Part shown: one piece after another, positions 13,607 to 25,700 of the stretch
Layout of the letters: each line of letters begins with the position of its first letter
Position numbering within the stretch: position 1 is the stretch's first letter
Assembly (NCBI RefSeq): GCF_030028105.1
Contig: NC_092380.1
Location: 63,919,717-63,983,716 of the forward strand
Source of the DNA: Mobula birostris
Lineage: Eukaryota
Reading direction: 5' to 3'
Length of the DNA stretch: 64,000 nucleotides
Program-made: the position numbers and the translations under genes
The notes under the pieces: generated by a model
Database searches by the model: none
The model's input: the letters and a program-made list of their open reading frames with translations, nothing else
What the model was told of the DNA's origin: nothing

Positions 13607-16221
13607 CTGGTACAGCAATCTTGCTCTGAGGTCTTCAGTTTTGTTTTTTAGAGATGGTACATTCGCCAGCAGGATAGTCTATGCCATCTGAGGCTCATCA
13701 GTTTTGAACGTTAATAGGTTTTTTGATTAAATATCTTAAAACAATGATGCTTACTGAAGTACCCATGGCTGTGACTGTGGATTTCAGATGTAGTAGTCCA
13801 AAATGGGACTATTTGATGATTCCCATTGGAGCTGCACAAAGTCGTCCCTTAACGGTACCATCTTAATCTTGCTAATTTCAGACTGGAGTCCCATATTTTG
13901 TCAAACTGTTACTCTTCACTGTTGTTTATAACATTGGTTGTTAATTCTTCTATATACTGCTATGAGGACCTAGATGCCAAATGGATTACAGTGAAGAGAA
14001 TATTCAGCTGACCTTCTACGTTGACTGACTATGTTGGGGTATATTCCTGAAGGGCTTTCCTTGTATAATTGTTTGTCATATGGTGATCAACTTCCACAAG
14101 TTTATTCTTACATTATCAAGTTATTCCAAAATATACAACATGTGCAAGTCTGCATGACGAGGATCTAAATACTTGGGAGAACAGTATGTCAGGAGCATGT
14201 ACGTTGTAGAACCAAATACATCTACTCCTATCTTCTATCCCTTTGAGATTACTTTACCTATCACTTTATTACTTGCTTTCCTCTCCCAACCAATTTATGT
14301 TCTCATATCTTGATGGACACTTTAAACTATTCACTTTACTATTTGTTGTAAATATATAATTATTTCTGTCTCTGTGCCATTTAAGTTCATTTGCATATAA
14401 TTTAGCGAGCTGAATACCCACTATAGATAATATCTATAGTTGCTCTTCATATGTATACCTTGCTCACCCTAGGAATTAACTATGTGAATCTCTTTTAGAT
14501 TGCTTCCAACATCTTAAATAAGGGGACCAACATTGTGCTCAATACTCAAAGTTAGCCTCAGTAGTATTTTTCCTCAAAGTTTAATATTTCAATACTCATT
14601 TTAACAACTCTCAATGATCTAGTATTCGGAGAACTTCTATTTGAAACTATATCTCCCAACATTGTGACTTGCATCATACTCAGACTCTTCTTCTTCACCT
14701 GTCCTTTCAAATTCAAGAGCTCAAGCTCAGCCGGTCTGCAATCATTGACACACAAACATCTCAGCCCAGGAATAGGGATTGTACAGTATGATAAGATGAA
14801 CTCTTGACTTTATAATCTCCTTCAGTATGACCTTCCACTTATTGTCTATTGCACTGTAGTTTCCCTGTTATTGTAGCACTTTATTCTGTACTCTGTTATT
14901 GCTATTCCTGTTGTAATAAGTTGATCTGTATGAATGGTATAAAAAATTAGTTTTGCACTGTACCTTGATACATATGACAATAATTAACCAATTTACCAAT
15001 TTATGTAGAATAAATAAAGCCAGCAAGTGAATTATGGACTGCGTAGACCTTCATCATTGCTGTCTCCACAATCTTCAGCAAGATTCCATTGGAGTGTAGG
15101 GAGGTGACAAACTGCGGGCAGTCTGATCTGCAGATCAGTATTGGAAACTAGTTCCTCAGGAAAAGATTAAATTGTAAAAATAGACTTCAAGATCTCAGGA
15201 TCCTTTAAATCCTATTAACGAGCAGGAGGAAGTGTTTGGTCCACAGTTGAAAAAAATCAACACCTGCACACTGGAAGGTATGAGATTACCATCTCCGTGA
15301 TCGTAATGGATCAATGGACAACTGTAGTCTGCAGTCCTAATACCCCAGTTGGACATCACCAGATCTTTAGTGTGTCAATCCATCCCAGGCTGGTACCCAT
15401 AGCTCCTGGCCTCCACAAACAATTGCCATATGTTGCACGTAGACAGTCTTCAGTATAGATGTCTACCCCAAAGAAGTTTAAAAAAGACAAAAGGTCTCAG
15501 CTCAAAACATTGGTTGTTTACTCTTTTCCATAGATACTGCCTGGCCTACTACATTCCCCCAGCATTTTGTGTGTGTTGCTTGGATTTCCAGCATCTGCAG
15601 ACTGCTTTTCAAATGTTTGTGTCTTTACAGGTGGGCCTGATGAGCTTATTAACTCTCTCCAGAAAACCATCAACAATGTGAAACTGAAAAATGTCCCATT
15701 CCAGGTTAGTATTTTAAAATTCACTCGACACATAACAGTGGATCTGCTGCAGTATTCTGCATGATATGCAATCCTTATTAGAACAGACCAGGTTTAACAA
15801 CCATCCAGCAGTACATTCCTGGTACTGCCTTTATCTGCTTGCCTCCAGAAGAGCACTGAAAATAACTGCTTCACATTCACAACGACTGGTTTCACAGTGG
15901 CAGCCACATTCAAATGTCAAGCTCTCTGTATTGAAAAGTTTCACCTGAGCTCTCTCATCAGTCAGTCTACAAGCTAAATAATCCCAAACAGGCCGATGTA
16001 AAAAAAGTCTGGAAATTGGAGTACTGCTAGGATCTCATAACTAACCACACGTTCAACAACAATTTCCTCTGTTCTTTGTTTATAAGTGCCAAACTTGTAG
16101 CTCTAAAATTACCAAAAATGTCAGATTAAAAAGTTGCTTCACTTTGCCCTCATCTATACAACCATCATGATAGCTCATTCAACAATCAGTGTCGCTCGTC
16201 CTCTTACCAGTAACGATCATA

Positions 16222-16915
16222 AACAAGAGAAAAGCTACAGATGCTGGAAATCCAAGCAACACACACAAAATGCTGGGGGATCTCAGCAGGCCAGGCAGCA
16301 TCTAAGGAAAACAGCATAGCCAACATTTTGGGCCGAGACCCTTCATCAGGACTGCAGAACAAAAGATGAGGAGTCAGAGTTAGAAGGTGGGGGAGGGGAG
16401 GAAGAAACACAAGGCGATAGGTGAAACTGGGGTTGGGGGAAGAGGTGAAGTAAAGAGCAGGGAAGTTGATCGGTGAGAGAGATACAGGGCTGGAGAACGG
16501 GGAATCTGATAGGAGAGGACAGAAGGCCATGGAAGAAAGAAAAGGGGTAGGAGCATCAAAGGGAGGTGATGGACAAGTAAGGGGATAAGGTGAGAGAGGG
16601 AATTGGGGACGGTGAAGGGCGGGAGCACTACCAGAAGTTTGAGAAATCAATGTTCATGCCATCAGGTTGGAAGCTACCTAGATGGAATAGAAGCTGTTGT
16701 TCCTCCAACCTGAGCGTGGCCTCATCTCAGCAGTAAAGGAGGCCATGGATTGACATGTCAGAACTGAAATGGGTGGCCACAAACAAGAGAAAATCTGCAG
16801 GTGCTGGAAATCAAAGTAATACACCCATCTCTTTTTCCAGTCCTGATGAAGGCTGTTTACTCTTTTCCATAGATGCTGCCTGGGCTACTGAGATCCTCCA
16901 GCATTTTGTGTGTAA
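16222..16915 (-). mobile_element. Penelope-like element 3' end / pseudo-LTR (older subfamily) with partial tandem and inverted copies
   Basis: Minus strand encodes the GIY-YIG C-terminus (QPDGMNIDFSNF) and pLTR with a degenerate hammerhead (16317-16354). A repeated tail follows at ~16781-16824, then a plus-strand tail at ~16825-16913. Confidence 0.8.
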
Positions 16916-19147
16916 GACTTAGTTTAAACTCTCTTGAGTTTAGAAGAATGAATTGAAACATACACAATTCTCACGAGGACAGGCAAGGAAAGTGCAAGGA
17001 TTTTTGTCCTGTGGTGTCTAGAACCAAAAGTCACAGGCTCAGCTTTGGAGGATGTCCAGTCAGAGGAGAGTTAAGAAGAAAGTTATTCATGAAAAGGGTA
17101 ATGAATGCTAGGAATTCTGTATTTTGCACGCCATCCAGAGAGGTTATTCCAAACATAGGCATGTTGAGGTAGTTCGAAAGGAAAAACAATCACAGCATTC
17201 AGAATATAGTGTTACAGTTACAGAGAAAGTGCAATGAAGGTAGTCAATTAAATACCAAGTACTGGTTCAAAGAACCCAAAGATTGCTAGCATGGTAATTC
17301 TAACAGTGAGACTGACTCCTTTATTATCTGGTTGTCAATCTGACCCGGCTGTGGTAAAGACTGCTCAAAATTCCCTAATCAGAGGACTACATCAGACATC
17401 CAATAGCAATGCTGCCTTCTAGGGATGCTGGTGGATGTTAAAAGGTAACCTTTCCTGATTCAGTCAATCTTGGGATAGCTGTGGGAGAATGCCGAGTGGT
17501 GGTGATGGTGGAGAGTTGAATTACATTCGTTATAGCATTTTTTTCTTTCTAAAATCATTTATTAATCCTAGAGACTTTCATTCCAAGAGCTTTTTATTCT
17601 AAGACATTTTCCAGCCTATGCTAATGTTCTCTATAACATAAACAAGAACTTTGCTCACATTCTGCTTTAAAAAAAATTGCAAATCAACATGACCTTGGAT
17701 AATAGGGAAACCACCAAGTTTATGTGGCAAACTCAGGCCAGAATTCAACCAGCAGGGACAATTGCAACTGTTGTGTATAATTTGGAAGCAAACATAAAAA
17801 AGGGGGATGAAAAATAGAAAATCCTCAAAGGAAAGACTGTAAGAACAGAGTTTTATATTGTGGATTGTGATTCAATCTGAGCTTGTTTGAATTGGTTTAA
17901 AAAGATTAACCAAGGTCAACTGGTTATTTAAAGCTCTGAGGTGCAAGGGTAATGTAAGTGGAAACAAATTATTGGAGAGTAAACAAGGAACTGGGGATCA
18001 AGTGCAAATTGAAAGATCCTCAAATGAGCTGAAGGTTAGAAGAAACGTTGCTTCCGTAAGTAGGACGGTTTACAGATATTTAAAGCGGCTCAGCCTAGGA
18101 AATGGATCCACGCATTTGCGCTAAGTTTTACTCCAATGGCAAAGTGGGAGGCAAAATAGTCACTAAATTGGGATATCTTTGCTTTAAATATCTTTCGCAA
18201 GCAGTATTGCTGAGAGGTGGCTTGTGCCATTAAACAGTACTTCCCATGGCAACTCATGACCTTGGCATGGAGGTGAAAGAAACAAGGAAGGAAACAGAAA
18301 AGAAACTGGGAATCCAAGACATCACCCAGGATGTGCCCTATTGTCATTGTTACCATTAAGGAGGAGGAAATGCACTCAACATTTCAGGAACAGATTCATC
18401 GCCTGCCCCCCCTCCCCGCCCCCACCATCATCAGATTTCTGAATTAACAATCAACCTGTGAACAATACCTCAGTATACTTTTCCTCCCTTTTGGCACTAC
18501 TTATTTAATTTAATACATTGTAATTTATAGTTTTATTATTATTCATTACAATGTACTGCTGCTGCAAAACAACATATTTCATGGCAGAGGCCAGTGATAT
18601 TAGACCTGATTCTGATTCTGAACAAAAAGGAAGCAGGGGAATTAGGAAAGGTGGGGAAATTATGGAGAAGTCAGGACAGTGAAGGGGCTCCTATGCAATG
18701 TGATAGGGGTATGGCTCGTGAGCGTAAGGGATAACAGTGCAAAGCAACTTACTAAAGCAAAGTTTCTTCTAACCATCTTGCACAAAGTTGCGCAATACAC
18801 AGAAGCTGTGATCTCTCACAGTGTGTGTAGAAGGACAAAATACCACCATCAGTGTACTGAACAGATGAGAATTAATGTAGGAAACAGAAGGTAAAATCCA
18901 TGCTCCACTTGGGGATCTTTCCATAGTATTTGGTTCTTAACTTGTGTCATTTGTCCCTTGTGAACAATATATGTTCTGAGTCAGAATGCCTTGATCCAAT
19001 ACATATTGGTTGATACTTACAGATCTAGGACTGGTTGACTCTTTAGGTAAGGGTCAGGTTTTCAGATAAAATCAGGAAACAAAGATTGGCTTTCTTGCTT
19101 GTTAAAGTTATTTTTGCAGTTTGGACATTGATATATTTCCTAAACTG

Positions 19148-19240
19148 CCGACCGACATCTTTCAAAACACTATCAATTCTCACAGTTATCTTGACTATAC
19201 CTGTTCTCACCCTGTCTCTTGTAAAAATGCTGTATTTTCC
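19148..19240 (+). mobile_element. Penelope RT C-terminal remnant
   Basis: Encodes TDIFQNTINSHSYLDYTCSHPVSCKNA, resembling the YLxYxSxHP motif of Penelope-like RTs. Confidence 0.6.
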
Positions 19241-19502
19241 CAAACTGCATTTATATTGTCTATCAGTGGTGTCAACAGGATCCCCTTTACATGTCTCAGC
19301 ACTCATCCTATTTTTTAAAGCAATTCCTCTGTTCCCACTCACTCTACGTTTTAATTGTCATGGAATCATGACATTACAAATTTGGTCTATCAAGACTTTG
19401 TTGGCTCCAAGTAGAATATTCTGTCAGTCTCACCGAACCATGCTTTTTCTACAGCCTGCAAATTACCTACCGCACATTTGATAACTGATTCATCTCCTGG
19501 CT

Positions 19503-20502
19503 CCTACATATAATTCTCCGTAACTTCCGCCACCTCCAACGGGATCCACCACTAAGCACACCTTTTCCTCCCCCCCCCCACTTTCCACAGGGATCGCTCC
19601 CTACGCGACTCCCTTGTCCATTCGTCCTCCCCATCCCTCCCCACTGATCTCCCTCCTGGCACTTATCCTTGTAAGCAGAACAAGTGCTAGACATGCCCTT
19701 ACACTTCCTCCCTCACCACCCCAGGGCCCCAGACAGTCCTTCCAGGTGAGGCGACACTTCACCTGTGAGTCGGCTGGGGTGATATACTGCGTCCGGTGCT
19801 CCCGATGCGGCCTTTTATATATTGGCGAGACCCGACGCAGACTGGGAGATCGTTTCGCTGAACACCTACGCTCTGTCCGCCAGAGAAAGCAGGACCTCCC
19901 AGTGGCCACACATTTTAATTCCACGTCCCATTCCCATTCTGATATGTCTATCCACGGCCTCCTCTACTGTCAAGATGAAGCCACACTCAGGTTGGAGGAA
20001 CAATACCTTATATTCCGTCTGGGTAGCCTCCAACCTGATGGCATGAACATTGACTTCTCAAACTTCCGCTAATGCCCCACATCCCGCCCCCCATACCCTA
20101 TCCGTTATTTATTTATATACGCACATTCTTTCTCTTTCTCCTTTTTCTCCCTCTGTCCCTTTTACTATACCCCTTGCCCATCCTCTGGGCTCCCCGCCCC
20201 CTTTTCTTTCTCCCTGGGCCTCCTGTCCCATGATCCTCTCATATCCCTTTTGCCAATCACCTGTCCAGCTCTTGGCTCCAACCTTCCCCCTCCTGTCGTC
20301 TCCTATCATTTTGGATCTCCCCCTCCCCCTCCCACTTTCAAATCTCTTACTAGCTCTTCTTTCAGTTAGCCCTGACGAAGGGTCTCGGCCCGAAACATCA
20401 ACTGTACCTCTTCCTAGAGATGCTGCCTGGCCAGCTGCGTTCACCAGCAACTTTTATGTGTGTTGCTTGAAATTCCAACATCTGTAGATTTCCTCGTGTT
20501 TG
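19503..20502 (+). mobile_element. Penelope-like retroelement, 5'-truncated: linker + GIY-YIG endonuclease + pseudo-LTR
   Basis: ORF 19614-20072 contains FTCESAGVIYCVRCSRCGLLYIGETRRRLGDRFAEH...VATHFN...LRLEEQYLIFRLGSLQPDGMN. It is followed by a pyrimidine-rich UTR with a hammerhead motif at 20367-20404. Confidence 0.92.
20367..20404 (+). ncRNA. Minimal type I hammerhead ribozyme motif (stems I/III mutated)
   Basis: TAGCC-CTGACGA-A-GGGTCTCGGCCC-GAAAC-ATC-AACTG. Core boxes intact, stem I mismatched. Confidence 0.55.
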
Positions 20503-22247
20503 CATCCTACAATCTTTGTTTTCTCCACAAGGAACAATTCAGGAGTGTGATGGATATCTTGCACTTGCCTGAATAAATACAAGACCAACAACACTCAAGA
20601 AGCTCCATGACATTCAGGGAAAAGCCACCTGCTTGATCAAAACACAAACCATTTCCTTAAATACTAATTTTCTCCATTAGCACTGCAGTGTGCACCATCT
20701 ATAAAATGCATTGCAGCCACATACCAAAGTTTCTTTCAAAAATAGCTCTTATGCTTTCAACCTTTATTTTCTAATAGGGCAATAGGGTTACTGAGTAGGA
20801 AGCCCTAGGATTTTCATCATTAGGGTTTGATGAAGATCCTGCATCTGCCTACTCAATAGCCCTGCAGGAGCATCTTCAAGAAAGCAGCTCAGATTGCCTC
20901 ATGGAAAACAATAAATGTAGAGCAATCAGTAAAACCTTGGCATATGCACAGAACTTAACAAAACGAATTCCTGACGACATTCAGTGCATAGTTTAACAGC
21001 AGTATTGTTAGCTTTGGTACAGTGTTCCCAAGCATGACATGCTTCAAACTATAAATTTTACTTTATAGGGACTATGGTTCATTAAAGGAAAATGCAATGT
21101 ATTGTGATGAGAAGAAAACAAAGAAAGAAATCATCAGCATGAATCATGACAGTGGTCTTTCAGGTAATTTGACTATAAATGTCTCAGCTTTACATTGGAA
21201 CTAAGAACTCACACAAATCATTACTGAATTTTCCCATTGGTTCAACTGGTAAATATCCTGCCCAGAGTAATGCAGACCGGGAGTCACTTGATTTCATCTG
21301 CTCATGAAGATACAATTGGCTTTTCTGCTCCTTAGTTACAGATGTGAAAATAGACTGTACTGATAACCGCAAATCTTTACCAGAACTTCATAGCGGGGCA
21401 ACAAGATGAGGCACTGCATAACGTGCATATAACTAAACATCTGCCAGTGATTAATATTCATGAAAATCATTATTGTTTGAATAAGGGACCAGAAGTTTTG
21501 TGTACATGGAACTATGCTGGTTTAAAAACAATCTCCTAGCTCAGGAAAGGTAAAGAGATTTTTTTTTAAAAATAAAGGCTCAATAAAGGTAATATAATAA
21601 TGGTTGAAATTAACTGAAAAGTGTTCATCAATACATTCAAGAAGAAAAGCCGAATTTCTTTGAAAATAGCCCAGCAGCAAAGTTCCAGGCAAAGAAACAG
21701 GGAACCACCAGATGGAGTAATATAGTAAGAGCTCAGATGAGAACCAGATAAACACAAATCTTTGTTACAACATGGAAGTCAAGGGAATTTCTCAGATTCT
21801 GAGCGTAAAAGGGTAAGTTCTTATTCCGAAATTCCGACACAGCATTTACGTCTGTGACCACTCCAGGGTGATAAAAGAAGTTCTTATTATCTTCTGGCAT
21901 GACATTGCTCAGAACCAACATAAATAAGTAAGTCTATCCTGGGAACTTGAGTGAAGATGTTTGGTCCATGATGTTCAAACAGCCATCCTCTGCCACCTAA
22001 GCACAGGAATCAACAGAGGAGTAATTCCTAAGGAAAATATTTTAAGAGTATCTGTTATCTTCCACAGTATCTTTTATTTATGATTCTTTGTCTACCTAAT
22101 TCTTCCACATAACTTTGTTCAAATCTGTCTAAGCTACATCAATTATCTTGCCTCTGAGGTTAGACAATTAAGCACAGCAAGGTTTTCTGCTCTCTTTTCA
22201 AATTAAACAAAACTCCAGGGCATTTATCCAGTTAATTGACCATAATA

Positions 22248-22655
22248 CTTACTTGTTACTGAACATTATGCTGCTGCCATTTAGGGCAGTAATGAAGGTT
22301 TTCCACCTCTGCTGGTGTTCAAGGCTTCATTCATCGTGACAGTAGCTTCCTCTTGGTTTTCACTACTGCCAGTCACGCAAGTCCAGGGTGAAGACTCCGG
22401 AATACCATTGCACTTTGAAGAAGAATTATTCATTGCTGTTTCTGTTACAGTTTTGTGTTACTAGTTAGGTCTTGTTAGCTCCGAGCTGAACTCCCAAACT
22501 TGGAGGACCGGTGGAACACTCTTAGTCTGACCTCCAACCCTTAAACCTGTTTGGCATGGGTGACCCTACCGAGAGCCAAAGCATAAAGCCCTGACCCCAG
22601 CCAACATAGCTCTCTGGGTCATTGAGGTATGCAAGGTTGTGGTCCTCTAGGAAGG
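22248..22655 (-). mobile_element. RTE-derived short non-autonomous retroelement
   Basis: Minus strand starts with RTE/Rex3-like 5' UTR (CAATGACCCAGAGAGCTATG...GGTAGGGTCACCCATGCC) and ends in an (AAGT)n-like tail. 12-bp TSD TTGACCATAATA / TTGACCAGAATA. Confidence 0.65.
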
Positions 22656-24019
22656 TTGACCAGAATATTCAACAGTTTCTCTTCCAGTAATTAAAAATTG
22701 TTCTTAAAGACAAACTTGGCCATTGGTGTTTATCTATATCAATCTTTCTCTGTGTTGAACAAGTTCCACTTTAAAGGAATCAATTCAATAGATAGTGCTT
22801 TGTTTCAATGGGAACTGATTCTAGATTCAGTATCTTGCTGTGAACAAAGTAGGTGACAATAGATTGAAATGTTAATAATGTCTGAGTAGATTTTATCACA
22901 AAGGTAATAAAGATTGAAAATGAACCTCAAACATTTTGTCACACTTATGTTTAGGGGAAGAAAGGCAATATCTTATTTCTTAATTTCATAGAAATATTTA
23001 ATTATTTTCAACTCATTAATATTGTACATGTGAAGTTAAAGGGAATACTGTATATTTATTCAGTAACTTAGACATACATATAAGTAGAACTTCTTGCATT
23101 AAAAGACAATTCACAGATAAATAATTAGACAAAAATTAACTGGAAGCCAAACAGAATTTAATTGAAGTGGTGAATAAATATTTAGTCAAGCACACAGGTT
23201 TAGAAACATGCTCTGAAGGAAGCTGGTTTAGGCCTTCAGAGTACAAGTACACTTCCTAGTGGTTAGGAAAAGGAGAGGGATTAGATCTGTAGGGATGAAC
23301 AGGTGAGAGTGGGGGTAAGGATAGTGTGGAATTTGGGAAGGTATCGGGGATAGGGCAAGAATAAGTTCTTAAAGTAATTCATCATAATTAATGCAAAAAT
23401 ATTTCTTTCAACTTGTACTCTTGATATTTCCTATATTGAAGGAATTATACAAGTGATCTTCATTCAATTTGTTTAGTTTGATTGTTCCATTATGTGTGCA
23501 TACTACTGAAAAAAGATCAATATTTTTTTAGGGAAATTGCAATGATTGACTGAACCTCTGGTCCAGGATAGGTAAGGCTGATAACAGTAAAGAGGAAAGG
23601 AAGTTATGCACTATTACTTTGAGGACTCCATTACAATGTTTATAAATTTTATGCTGAGGGACAGTTGAGACAGGAGAGGAGTTCTGAGATCTAAGAAAAA
23701 AGCAGAACCACACGAATTACATTGTGATTTCAAAATATCATCAATTTGCTCTTTCAACTGGTATTGTAGCCCATTGTGCTTCATTGTAAGACACCTGACC
23801 AAATAAATAGATAGATGACTAACATAAAAAATATATAAAGTAAGACTATGTAGGTGAGCTATATAGGGCGCTAAAAGTGGCGAGGAGCACCAGTCTTTGT
23901 CTACCGAAGAAACTGGATCAACAAGGAAGTGCTTCAGAGGTTACAGGTTTGAGAAATCCATCACCCGTCTGACCTGAGGCTTTCTTCAACAAACGAAATG
24001 ACCTTTGACTCATTTTGGA

Positions 24020-25700
24020 CAAACACCGCAAAGCTAATCCCCCCCAACTTTCTGCGCCCAGCATTTCCCGGTAAAGTAATTGCTCCTTCGCAGTTTACTG
24101 TGAAGCTCGTCGACGAATGAGTGACGTTATGCTCCAGCTGACATCATATCGGGCAGCAGAGCGATAAGTGGAGAGAGAGAGAGAGAGAAAAAAATCCCAT
24201 CGGACGGGGAGGGTGGGCTGGGGAAGCAAGAGGGGAAGGAATCTGAACCGGGAATCCTGGCTTTCGTACGTTTGTTTTATTAAAGGAGAAACGTTTCTCT
24301 TTATCCTCTTGAACTCATGAAGAAGTGAGAGGTACAAATCCCTACGTTTTCGGTGCTGAAGTTTTAGCCAAATCAAAATAAAGATAAGGTTTGGTTTGAA
24401 ACTAATCAGAGGAGTTGGCAGCACGACACTGAGTCGTGAAACTGACCTCCCGCAGGTACACTGAGGAGGTGCGAGATCGCGGATTCGCTGGCAGGGGCTC
24501 CAGACTTTTCCCCTTCTCGGCCAATCTTCGCTTGTGTCACTTGTTGTTGTGGGAATTCCCTGATGTTTTGAAGTTCTAGAAGCGAGCGAACTCTTTACAT
24601 GGATGTGTCGGGGAGGAGTCGTTAGCTGATAGAGAAATGGAAGTGGTTGACGAGACTGAAGCTTTACAGCGCTTTTTTGAAGGTAAAAAGAAAATGGGGA
24701 CGCTCCTCGGATTTGCAAAAAATAACCTAATAAACATCGATCAGTTATTTATTCATGTCGAAAATGGCAGTGATCTGCGGGAAAACGAGACGACAAAAGT
24801 AAGGCACAAAGGGTTACAGGGTCGTAGGTAGGACGCGAGCAGCCTATTCTGGGTGTTCTGCACAATGCGTGATTCTGATGACTGTTTAAAATATAACAAA
24901 ACATTTTCAGAATAGTCTGGAGCTGAATATTTGCCTGACTTCATTCATTCAACTGTGCGCGCAACTCGATAGAAGTATTTGTGCGCACTTCTGTAGTTTT
25001 GTAGCACTGAATATATATTTTAAAGCACAAAATATCCCGTGAACATTTTTGGTAAATTTTATAAAAAATTATAATAAGAAGCAGGGAACATTGAGAAAAA
25101 CATTTCTATAAGTTTAGACAAAGTTTACATAATTTATAATTACAAACCCATTGTATAAATGTGTGACGGAGATCGAGTTTGATTGTATTTGTGTTTTCAT
25201 GAAAAATGGTTATTTTCGTGAAAAGAAGTCGATTATTTTTCAGAGACTTTGTGGATCTTTTTGTCCAATTCCTTGATGTAGAGTGCTTCTAAAAACCGAC
25301 GATCTGGTGGTCCGCGTTCACTATTTCGCCCTGATATTCTTGCTGTGTTCTTGCGAAGAAGGAGAATTGTTCGCTTTAAAGCAGGAATTAAGTTTGAGAT
25401 TTTCTCGTGTGTTTATTTAAATTAATCTGCTTTGGGAGATTGCGATCGCCCGTTTGTCCGAGCTGGTACAGAGCAAGCATATGACTGCGATTCCGTCTCT
25501 CGCGCGCACACACACTGTAATCCCCTTCTAAATCCCTGCGTCTCTCGGACAGTGCATCAAACTGCAAATGGTCGGTGGAGTTTGAACTCGCGGCGAGAGA
25601 TCCTTTAGTCTTAAAGTGGCAGTGGTTGAGGTGGGAAAGAGGGAAAGAATATCGCAGACAGGTGATGCGCATAATTTATTTCATTTCATTCTAATGCAGA
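24020..25700 (+). promoter_or_regulatory. CpG-rich promoter / 5' UTR / proximal intron 1 of MYRF
   Basis: Visibly more CpG than the flanks, and repeat-free. Contains CRE-like TGACGT (~24122) and TGACATCA (~24139), E-box CAGCTG, GATAAG and a (GA)n tract (~24170-24188). TSS not determinable. Confidence 0.65.
24637..24682 (+). CDS. MYRF: Myelin regulatory factor, first coding exon (46 coding nt, phase-1 donor)
   Basis: Translates to MEVVDETEALQRFFE(G), which matches the vertebrate MYRF N-terminus as I recall it (the paralog MYRFL begins MDVVGENEALQQFF). Strong Kozak context GAAATGG. AG|GTAAAA donor at 24683. Lies in a CpG-rich region. The ORF-track continuation KKKMG... is intron read-through. 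Confidence 0.93.

Larger units (their letters stand above)
941..13871 (-). mobile_element. Rex1/Babar-type non-LTR retrotransposon, decayed, split into five pieces by nested insertions
   Basis: Minus-strand peptides join across the insertions: endonuclease VVYIPPQANV...DFNQ...HQHI...NTLDH (11.0-12.1 kb), YPNQKPWMNQE (11.0 kb), DELN region (7.6-7.8 kb), FNLSL...[15 protein letters not shown]...[19 protein letters not shown] (1327-1635). (AATCAG)n-like 3' tail at ~941-973. Flanking direct repeat 874-940 / 13882-13948. Most of the RT core is deleted. Confidence 0.8.

Noticed and set aside
20050-20487. Recurrent peptides such as SPDEGSRPETSTVPLPRDAAWP and MLVNAAGQAASLGRG in several ORFs
   Set aside because: They are translations of the non-coding Penelope repeat and hammerhead region, not a gene family.
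21190-22000. Cluster of short minus-strand ORFs suggesting a pseudogene or ancient L1-like fragment
   Set aside because: Only vague resemblance and no diagnostic motif. A translated search would be needed.
24095-24718. 207-aa minus-strand ORF across the MYRF promoter
   Set aside because: No recognisable domain, and it is antisense to exon 1 in GC-rich sequence where long ORFs arise by chance.
24683-24831. C-terminal part of the 64-aa ORF starting at the MYRF ATG
   Set aside because: Similarity to MYRF ends exactly at the GT donor, so the rest is intron.
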